The position numbers were made by a program, and so were the translations under genes. Under the pieces are notes generated by a model. It had not been told where the DNA came from, did no database searches, and saw only the letters and a list, made by a program, of their open reading frames with translations. This document shows, piece after piece, positions 46,461 through 56,722 of a stretch of DNA of 64,000 nucleotides. The stretch's first letter is position 1, and each line of letters starts with the position of its first letter. Origin of the DNA: Azolla caroliniana. Lineage: Eukaryota; Plantae; Polypodiophyta. The DNA lies in contig JBHGNT010000011.1 of assembly GCA_043228905.1 (NCBI GenBank), forward strand, positions 11,780,001-11,844,000, in the 5' to 3' direction.

Positions 46461-48332
46461 AAGTGCATGGTGGCTCTTGGCCCTTGCCTATTCGTTGTAT
46501 TATAGAGAATCTTGCTCAATTTAAATGTGTCATAAATAGGAACATAGATTTTTAGCTTTTGTTATTAAAGCTTGGATTGTACTTAGGAGTGGATTTGTCG
46601 TTTTTGCATATAAAAAAGGAGTTGCAAGATCAACTGGCTCCAATTGTTGTCTGCTCCAATTGTTGTCTGGTCTCCATGGAAAGCTAGGTGTGTATATGCA
46701 TAAGGGTCAAATCGTGCTAGTTGAAGAAAACATCGCTTTTGTTTGGTCAAAATTTGTGAGTTTTAAAAAAGTTGAATATGATAATATTCATGTATGTATG
46801 GATTGTGGAATATTATTAGAAATAGCTTTTGGAAACTTTGGAGTTCATCTCATTACCTCACTTATGAGAAGGATGTATGGACGATCATTGACTGTAACAT
46901 AATGTTATTGGAAGTTTGTTGGTTTCCTTCCCATGTAAATTATATGTTGTAGCAGATTTGGCTTTTCTTAACTAATGGAAGATATCCTTTTCGGGGGAAG
47001 AAATTGCTTGGCATATTTCTATGAATGAAAGAAGTTATTCACTCGCAGACAAATAAATATCAAACTCTTGTGATGAAGAGATAGTTCGAAAGAACAAGTG
47101 TTCAAAAGACAATTGTCATCTCTATGCATCAAGCATGTGTTTATTTGAGATAAGATGGGATGTAGGGCCTGAATTTGACGGGTTAGTCTTAAAGTTTTTT
47201 GATGGGCATTTTTTAAAGATGTATGTCATATGACATGAGAGTGCAAAAACTAACATGTCATTTGACATACAAGTTTTAATAATGAAAAACTCTATATGAT
47301 GATTCATTATTATATATTTTATTACTATAGAAAGTACACAAAGATACACAAATAAACATAACTACCTCACAAAGATAGTGAAATACATAAAATAAATATC
47401 GTGTTAATATTTTTTAAGCCAAAGCACAAACAAAATATGCATCGATAATCATAATTCATTCTTGCAAAGTGGATACAATAAGTTTCAAACAAAAAATCAT
47501 ACAAATTGAATACTTAATCATCATATATTTCTTAAAGCTCCAAAAAATGTTTATCATACCGCGACTCCTCATACTAAGCATTGTGCAACATGTGTCTACT
47601 TTAATTACTATCCTTCTCTATTTCTCTTCAAACTAAAGGTTAAACATGTATATCCCTCCAACAAATGTTTGATGTCTCTTGAGCAATCAATGATATAAAC
47701 ATCAAAGCATCTAAAGTTTCCAAAGATAAACCATTTCTAATATCATTTTTTATGATATTTTGACGTGAAAAGCCTCATTCACATGCAACTATACTAATAG
47801 GAATAGTCATACATAGTTGCCACAATTGCATAATACCCGGAAATAATTGCCACCAAGACTGTGCTTTGCAACAAATATCCCATGCATCATGCATTCCTCT
47901 TCCTTTAGCAATTCTAACAAGCATACCAACAAAATCTTCTCGTTCATTGAAGCATCTTTTCATGTCAACAATTTGCTTGTCAATATTAAACTTCCCAATA
48001 AGTTTGTGCTACCATTCCTTTGTCTTTTTCTCTCTTTCATTTTTCTCAATGGGATATGAAGATGGATTAAACAACTTGACAACATTGAAAAATGTAACAT
48101 CCGGGAAACGATTGTTAAAGGCATCAATAACATGTTGGACAAAAGTCTTTTCCAATGCTAATGCATTCATCCAAACTACCATTTTCCACATTACCATGAA
48201 ACATATTCAAGTTGAAATCACTATCTTCATTCTCACTATGGACCACTCATTAGTCTTCTTGATTGTTTTGCTACCTCCTTTGGGTTTGGAATTGGTATAA
48301 ACTTCAATGGACGTGAATGAGTAACATGATCA

Positions 48333-48692
48333 CATCCAATATATGTGAGTATGCCATCTTTCACATTAGATAGAAAGTTCGCAAGAAACATAGACCTGAT
48401 GCCAAATGTTTCACAAGATAAATATCGTCTTTGAAGTTTCTCATGGATGATATCCAATATATGTGAGTATGCCATGTTTCAAATTAGATAGAAAGTTTGC
48501 AAGAAACATAGACCCGGTGCCAAATGTCTCACAAGATAAATATCGTCTTTGAAGTTTCTCATGGATGATATCCAATGTATGTGAGTATGCCATGTTTCAA
48601 ATTAGATAGAAAGTTTTCAAGAAACATAGACCTGATGCCAAATGTCTCACAAGATAAATATCGTCTTTGAAGTTTCTCATGGATGATATCCA
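48333..48692. repeat. 118-bp tandem triplication within the hAT transposase
   Basis: ATGTGAGTATGCCAT recurs at 48343, 48461 and 48579 (period 118), with ATCCA microhomology at the junctions. Confidence 0.92.
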
Positions 48693-49485
48693 TGTGAACA
48701 CCAAGCATAAATTGCTCATTTAATTTATTTAATTTCACAAGAATATCTGCCAATAGGTGTAACATAAAATGAGCTCGGAATATAGTAGCATACTCATACC
48801 ATTTTTTCTCATCTTTTTCCCATTGTTCTAAAATTGCAGGCACGTGTAATTAGTTTCTCCATTACTTGGCCTTGAGATAACCATCTTATGGAGTGAATTT
48901 TAAGCACCTTCAAATCACCCTTACCATGTCGTTTCATTATTTCTTTTAGCTCATTGTGTCCATTAGTTGACTTTCCCAACCAAGAGTATACTTTATTTGC
49001 AAATACATCAAGGAAGCTAAACACATGTACATGAGACATTATATATGCATCTTTTATGGCAAGTGCTTCACGATGTGCAATGCAATGCACTCCCAAAATA
49101 TTAGGCATCATGGATTGAAACTTAGAAATTGCACCACTGTTCTTCCCTATCATAGATGATGCCCCGTCACTTGCAAAAGCCACAAGTTTTTTAAAATCTA
49201 AATTCCTCTCCAAAATGAATTCATTGATAGAATTGTAGATACCTTCAGCTTTCACATTTTCCACCAGAAGAAGTCGCACAAATTTACAATGGGGCTCCCA
49301 TTTGCCACCTTCACGTAAGTACCAAACATAGATAATGAGGTGTTTTACCAATGTACGATCAATGCTTTCATCAATCAAGATGGAGAAAAATGGACCTCCA
49401 CGAATTTCATCATACAAGAGTTTCCTTGTGTGGTTCTTAATGGCCATTAAGAATTCTCTTGTAGATTTAGCATTAGCATAAGCAT

Positions 49486-49984
49486 TGCCATGGACACACC
49501 AAGTGCGTACTAGGACAGAGCACACATGATGGGGCTATGAGCGACAGATGAACTTGGAGCTAGATGTGACGAGGCTAGGAACTCTAGATGTTGTGAGTGA
49601 CATGAGGGCAGGAAGATAGAAATAAAGATCAAGGAGACAAAGATGAGGCGAAACGAGAATACTAGATTGATGTGTCAATGACTGGTGTTGAACCCCTTGA
49701 AAGGGACCAAGGATGTTACAAGTACTTATACAATTTCCGAGATTGGATATCTCTAGAATATACTCGAGAAATATCTTGAGAATATACCCCTTTAGAATAT
49801 ACAACAAAATAACTCTAGAATATACTAACGACTAGAATATTCTCGAATGTACTATACACTAGACTCTACCATATATACAAGTTCACGATCAAATGTGGAC
49901 AGTTCACAAAAGTTTCCATATGGTTAAGACAATACAATGTATTGTGTGTGTTAAAAGTCAGAGGTTGGAGTCTAGAATGTGATA
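49486..49984. mobile_element. Solo LTR inserted in the hAT transposase (TSD AGCAT/AGCAC)
   Basis: TGCCA...GTGATA ends (degenerate TGTCA...TGACA). Removing it restores the transposase reading EYGAYANAKSTREF. Internal CTAGAATAT repeats. Confidence 0.75.
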
Positions 49985-51650
49985 AGCACCATATTCATTT
50001 GAGCTAGGGGTGTTTGGAGTACCAAGTTCTCTTTGTAACTTAGATTGTTTTACATATTGCTCTAATGGAATATCATTGCAAGCATAAAAAAGAACCAACT
50101 TCATGCATTAAAGTATCCTCTCATATTCTAAATGCATGATTTCTGAAGTTTTGTCATCCATTGGGCCTTTCACATTTGCATTTTCTTTTTGTATTTTTGA
50201 ATGATACATGACAATTGCTATAACATGATCGGATGACTTTGCATGTCCATTCAATGAAGACATTTACATGCTTTGAGATTCACCACCTGTAAAAACATTG
50301 ATCTTTCTTGCATCTTTACACCACATGCATTTGATTTTATCATCACCTAATAAGGACTTTGTCACATATGCCCATGGGTGAAGCAAACTCCATTGGTTTC
50401 TCCACTTCCTTTTTTGTTTATTAGAAGAAGATATTAACCCATTTGCATTTGTAACAACCTCTTGCTCATTATTTGGAGTATCATTAACATGTACTCCCTT
50501 GCAAAACATACTCTTGATAGAAGGTTGGTGTGCTTTGACTTTTGTTGGGCAAGACATACTCTTGAAACTGAGAGAATTCAAAAACCGATAAAGAAAAATA
50601 GAGATTTTATGGGCAATCAAGAGACCATGATGAGTCAATGATATAGGGAAAATGGGCATGGAGTATTCAAACCCGTGGAGTGTATATTCATACTAAACCT
50701 AACAAAATCATTCATTCATACCACCATCAATTCATGCACACATATTCATTAAATTGTATATTTATACACATTGACATAGAGTCACTTAGTCAAATCATAT
50801 GCAAACATAAATTACATTCATTCAATATATAGCCATTCATACATACATGTATACTTACATTCATACAATTAGTCATTCACGCTCGTGCCTATTCTTCATC
50901 AAATCATAAAGAGGGTTGGCGAGGGAATCGTGGCCACAGATGGTGCAGGTTGCTCAGCTGATAGCGCGTGCTATTTGCACCGTTCGATTTGGATAAGAAA
51001 GAATGCGCAAAAAAAAGCTGTTAGAGGTCGCTTAACCACCCATCTATTTTAGAACAATAAATGAAGCACTAATTAAAATTCTATTATAATGTAATGGTTT
51101 AGTGGTTAAAGTCACTCTTTTTGGTTAATAGGTAGCAAGGTTCAAATCTCTTTTTCTCTCTTATTGAGAATAAGGTTTATTTTGCTTGCTTATTGGTCAA
51201 TTTTGATATCATTTAGGTTTTCTTCTTTTTCAACTTCTTTCTTATTTTCAACATTTGGTTTAGGAATTTCATACTTGCATGTATATTATTGGCAATACAA
51301 TATTTCTTTCTAGTGCACCTTTTCCTTAGATTATGTAGTTTGCAACAAAAATACAAATGCAAAACCAACTTACTATAATAATGAAATATGTTTCAAATCA
51401 AACCACCATTACATATAAGGTTCAAATGATGTTTCAAAAAAACAATAATTCATTAGACTAAAGGAAAGTAATGGAAACAGTTCTACATTAGGGTTTGGGG
51501 TTTAGGAAAGTAATGGAAGCAATTCTACCTTATTTCACTTAGTGGAATATGTTATTAAACCCCAAAATGCTTTCTTCTTTTCATATTTCATCGATCTAGT
51601 CAATATTGTACTCGGTTGTTACATGCAAATGAATACAAATTCAACTATGA

Positions 51651-51830
51651 CATACTTGAAACATAAAACATAAAACATAAATCAACATATAACATACTTG
51701 AAACATAAAACATAAAACATAAATCAACATATGACATACTTGAAACATAAAACTTAAAACATAAATCAACATATGACATACTTGCAACGTAAAACGTAAA
51801 CAATAAAACATAAAACATAAATCAACACAT
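51651..51830. repeat. 42-bp tandem repeat (~4 copies) inside the MULE
   Basis: CATACTTGAAACATAAAACATAAAACATAAATCAACATAT starts at 51651, 51693, 51735 and 51777. Confidence 0.9.
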
Positions 51831-51832
51831 GT

Positions 51833-52350
51833 TAGGTGACCATATTAAAACAGGTTGGGCAACCTGTTTATGAGAAGAGATGTTTTTTATGAGGGTTGGG
51901 AGACCTAATTTATACAATAGGGTGACCTGAGTAATAGGTTGGGCGACCTGTTTGATAGTTTGGGTGACCATATTAAAACAGGTTGGGCAACCTGTTTATG
52001 AGAAGATATGTTTTTTAAGAGGGTTGGGAGACCTGTTTGATAGGTTGGGTGACCATATTAAAACAGGTTGGGCAACTTGTTTATGAGAAGAGATGTTTTT
52101 TACGAGGGTTGGGAGACCTAATTTATACAATAGGGTGACTTGAGTAATAGGTGGGGTGACCATATTAAAATAGGTTAGGCAACCTGTTTATGAGAAGAGA
52201 TGTTTTTTACGAGGGTCGGGAGACCTGATTTATACAATAGGGTGACCTGAGTAATAGGTTGGGTGACCATATTAAAACAAGTTGGACAACCTGTTTATGA
52301 GAAGAGATGTTTTTTAAGAGGGTTGGGAGACTTGATTCATGAGAAGATAT
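51833..52350. repeat. Tandem array (~5 units, 85-128 bp) built from GGTTGGG(C/T/A)(G/A)ACC motifs inside the MULE
   Basis: Repeating GGTGACCATATTAAAACAGGTTGGGCAACCTGTTTATGAGAAGAGATGTTTTTTA-GAGGGTTGGGAGACC. Confidence 0.9.
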
Positions 52351-53098
52351 ATTTTTTATTGGTCAGGATACATCAAAAAGTGTTTTGGTATCCCTAACTT
52401 TGCTACAATTTGTTTGTCTTGGGAGGCGTACTATTCACTTTTATCCCATAGGAGGTGCCTTTCCCATTAATATCATCAAAGTAGCAACACACTTCCTTTG
52501 GGGAGTTTTTCATGTCTTGTATTGTCAAAGGTGCATTTTTCATGCTTTTGAATAATGGATACATGTGATTGATGTTCCATCGCAGAAAACACTTAAATTC
52601 GGCATAATGTCCTTCCAACTCCACCACTTCACTATCACTTTTTCTTATGGACCCAAATAGCCAATAAAATTATTGTGTATAATTTGAGTATATCAGTGCA
52701 AAGAAAACAAACAGGTGTACATTGAAATGGTATGAAACTGGTGTAAGGCAAAATATCACTTTTGAAGGATTATTGGATCAAGCGATGCGTACATACAAGG
52801 AATGGAAATTTAATAATTAAGCACTATTATCTCCAAGTTCATGAACGATCATTCACAAGATGATTAACCAAGTAGGTTACTACGACAATATAAAAGACCT
52901 AAGTAACATCAATCCACAAGTTTTAGTCCTTACAATGATAGCTTATAATTTTTGGAATAACACAATGTTACCAAAACTTGACTATTACAAGAACAATATC
53001 CAATCGCTGATCCGTTTACGTAGCTAGATAAATTAATCCACATATATTACAACAATTGCATGAGATACTGTGCATGACTGGCAATATAGAATACAATT

Positions 53099-53431
53099 TC
53101 ATTCCCCATCAGATATATATATGGACATGAACCATCCTCAACATTGGCTAAAGGATTGTAGAAAGGATTCGCTGGGTTTGTACATCTAGGTACAAGGTCA
53201 ATATCACACCGCTTGCCTTGTTTTACATTAGTATTATTATAGACACACGGAACTTCCAAAGGTTACTACATCCTCAAAAAGAAAGCATTGAATTCAAACA
53301 ATATGACTTCTAAATCCTACCCCTTCATGAATTAAGCTCGCACGAAATACACAACGGTCTTGAACAAAAGCTAAATCAGCAAAGGTTGCATTTTCACTAG
53401 CTACAACTTGAGACAATTCTTTTGCTAGACC
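53099..53431 (-). pseudogene. Captured last two exons plus intron of a PIFI-like (post-illumination chlorophyll fluorescence increase) gene
   Basis: Exon 53321-53431 (cag|...|gtagg) translates to GLAKELSQVVASENATFADLAFVQDRCVFRASLIHEG. Exon 53099-53217 gives GKRCDIDLVPRCTNPANPFYNPLANVEDGSCPY(ISDGE*). This matches the plant PIFI C-terminus as I recall it (GLAxELS...EG-GDRCxLDLVPGC...FNPLANVDDGSCP). Confidence 0.78.
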
Positions 53432-54676
53432 CTGTTATTCCAACACATATAAGATCCTTCAACAAATATAGGAATATCAATAACCTATTTTACAATTACT
53501 ACACATTATCATATGTTAGAAGTAATATTAGCAATCATTTACTTTGCCAATGGTCACGTTTGCTGATATTTCTCCATATTTCTCCTATGGGTTTTGTAAA
53601 TGTTCTATCTTTCTATTTCTCCAAACTCACGCTTTTCTTAACATGCTACCCTCTACATAATAAGCTCTCGCTAAAAATTTATGAATGTTTGCATTACTTT
53701 AGTTCATAATGAGAGAGATTGGGAAATACTCACGAAATCACAGATTCAGATTCGACTACCAATGTTGCATATGTTCTTGTTGGTAAAGTGTTGGTAACCA
53801 ATCTAGGCCTGAATAGTATATTAGCTTAAAGATGATTGATTCAATGAAGAAGTTTAAAAATTATAAACCAAGAAGCAAAACTATGTACATGTTACGGTCT
53901 TTTTTGTATATACCAATGTACTTGCATAATCCATACAAAAACACAGAGACAATTGCCTCTTAAAAATGAAGCATATAAAAGATACCCTAATAGAAGGCCA
54001 ATTACAACAACTAGCCAAAGTACATGGGCTGAAATATCATCAGTTGTAGCGTAAAATTATTATTCTACAATAGTCTAGCATGATAAAGTGTTATCCAATT
54101 GCTTGTTGAAAGTCTTCATCTTCACTTTCATCATCTCCGGGATCATCAATATCATACTCTCCATTACCATCAAATTCATTGTGGTCATGATCTGCAATGG
54201 ACTTTCTCAAGGGAATCAGATCATTTGTTATTCGAATCTCATTATAGTGAAAAGAGAAAAATGAGAGCAATAATCTCATCAAATAACAGAAGCCAAATGT
54301 AATAACACTTAAATGTTAGAAAACTTCATTATATAATATTACTAAATTATATGATTCATTTATCTTGTCAAACCTTACTAACCACAAAGCTACTATGGTA
54401 TTAGGCTGATTCTCAGAGTTCACATATTGATACCATTTGCTAATAACTAAAGACTGTTAAATGGACACATATGATTGAGTGTGTGGGTGTGGGTGTGTGT
54501 TTGTATCAAAGAGAAAGAGAGAGTATGAGAGTATGTGTGTGAGAGAGTGATTACCTTGTCTTCACCTCATCCTCTTGTGCTAGAAGAGCCTCATCACATA
54601 ATGTCGATGCCCATTGTGAATGATGCTACAAACAAGCAGGCTTTAGAGTCGGAAACACGAGAGGAAGCCCACAGGG

Positions 54677-54720
<44 letters not shown>

Positions 54721-55759
54721 ATATTCACTCTTCTTCTTCTTCTTCGTCTGATTTTGATTTTGACCTGTGGCTATGGCTATGCCTTTGGCTCTGCTTCTGG
54801 CCATGGAGAAGTGCCTTTGGCTCTGCTTTTGGCTATGGAGAAGAAACACGCAGAGAAGAAACAGAGCAAAGAGAGGAAAGCACGCAGAGAGAGGGAGACA
54901 GACCGATTCAAAAATTCCCTCCCCCCAAATTTTACTTTTTTTAACATTTAAAGAAATTTCTTTTTCTTTTTCTTTTCTTTTAATATATTATATCAAATAG
55001 TGACGAGGCTAGTTGGGCAACTACTGCCAAGGTTGGGCGACTTCTGACAGCTTTTTTTGGCGCGCGTTCTTTCTTATCCAAATCTGATGGTGCAGATCGC
55101 ACGCGCCTTCCTCTGAGCGACCTGCACTGTCTGTGGCCACGATTCCCTTGCCAACCCTCTTTATGATTTGTGTCATAATAGACACGTCGGTCATTCACAC
55201 ACATATATAGATATACATTCATTCAATTACGCACATACATAAAACATTCGTTTATACATTCCTTAGAGTGATCTACATTTTGCTCTACCATACTTGAGAT
55301 TAAGGTATGTAATATCACAAAGGTGATCCCACTTAAGAGGCTCCATGTTTGTATATTTAGATTTGTATGATCTATCATGTCATTACATTTTTGCATTTTC
55401 AATATCTATGCATATTCCTTTTCACTTCCACAATCAATGCATTACTTCCTCTCCAAAATTTCTGCACATACTACCCTCCCTAATACAAATATTTTTTATT
55501 AATATATTCTTTTGCAAGTACTTACAACAATAGGAACCCCAAATCTAGGTTATAGTAACAAAATAGAACCCCTAATCTACACATAATGGAAATTTCAAAC
55601 CTTAAAACCTTTGGTGTAGCACACATTTTACTTGAAAAATTTGAAAATTTCAACACATAACCTTTGATTAGTGAAGTTGTAGCCCAAAATACATTGAAGG
55701 ACTCGTAAGAAAAATAGGCAAAATACATACCTTCGAGTGATGAACATATGTCGCGCAAT

Positions 55760-56086
55760 TAGTGAGAAGCAAAAAAGAGCAACGACTAGCGAGTCGGGAG
55801 CAGCAAGCAACACACAACGGGAGCAGGGAATAGGCAATCAGTGAGCATAGAGGAATGATCTGAAGAGGGAAATGTCGAAACTTGAGGCACAAACAATAGG
55901 TGAGCACTGAGCATTACATAAGAGGGGAAAGAGGAGGGAAAGAGGGATAAAGAGTTCAATCTTTTGTTTTTTTTCCCAAAACTACATAAATAACCGGCTA
56001 GATTTCGGCTGTCCACAACCTTGGCCGACAAAAGTTCCAATGCAACCAGAACGCTAACATTGTTCTTGGGACTTTGCCCATTTTTG
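55760..56086 (-). mobile_element. hAT-like terminal region (probable 5' end of the hAT locus), inverted relative to the copy at 59898
   Basis: CCTTGGCCGACAAAAGT...GAACGCTAACATTGTTC-TGG-ACTTTGCCCA is the reverse complement of 59904-59970. Confidence 0.6.
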
Positions 56087-56722
56087 GGGGCCTTTCACAT
56101 GAAAATGGAAATTTCAACTTTATATGTCACTTGACAGACATTTTTATTGAGTGTATGTTTTTGATGGTCAAAATGGCCTTTGACGAGCATGACCCGTCAA
56201 ATTCTTGCCTTGATGGGATGCTTGAGGTTATTATTCACACATCTATAAATACAAACAAATATCCAACCAATCATGAGTCTAGAAATACGTAATTTGGAAA
56301 AGGTTACACAAAGAAAGGATTGAATACATTGGTCCACTTTGCATTGTGGAAATATATGATGATTGTATTTAAGTTGTTGGAACTTCCTCTATGCATAGGT
56401 TAATTAGTCAACATTTTTGCAAGTATTGAGGATGAACCAAATAATTGAAATTTCATATTGGTAACAAGTCCAAGGTGTTCTTGCAATCAATATTCATTCA
56501 TTTAAAAACATATGTATGTACATATCATGCATAATCCATGCATACATATAGATATGGCCTTCTTGCATACAATCCATACATATGAATGACATCCATACAT
56601 ATATCTCATGAACCATTGCAATCAAGGGTAGAAAATTCAAGCTCATTGCCATCATCCAAGAGTTTGCTCATTGATACTACTAAATGATATTTTTTTACTT
56701 GTCTCAATGCATATCCTAATAT

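Larger units (their letters stand above)
47690..50560 (-). pseudogene. Decayed hAT-superfamily transposase (ZNF862/DUF4371-like)
   Basis: N-terminal WRNQW...PW...CMWCK zinc finger, FSILIDES, FASDGASSM, HCIAHREAL, IRW and the C-terminal dimerisation motif SIVACE*GFSRQN...LSLETLDALMFISL. It is broken by stops, a 118-bp triplication and a solo LTR. Confidence 0.88.
50881..55189. mobile_element. Non-autonomous Mutator-like element (Pack-MULE-like); TIRs ~50881-51037 and ~55031-55189; 9-bp TSD GTCATTCAC
   Basis: Left CAAATCATAAAGAGGGTTGGCGAGGGAATCGTGGCCACAGA...GATTTGGATAAGAAAGAA matches the reverse complement of 55031-55170. GTCATTCAC occurs at 50872-50880 and 55190-55198. No transposase was seen inside. 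Confidence 0.85.

Noticed and set aside
51651-52350. Regularly spaced repeats resembling a CRISPR array
   Set aside because: The inter-repeat sequences are themselves repeated (no unique spacers), there are no cas genes, and the context is a eukaryotic TE.
53047-53259. CTNP...YNPLANVEDGSC looks like a bacterial/archaeal GCTD...YNPxAxxDDGSC surface-protein repeat (possible horizontal transfer)
   Set aside because: The upstream spliced exon and the intron fit a plant PIFI-like gene better, so host-gene capture is the simpler explanation.
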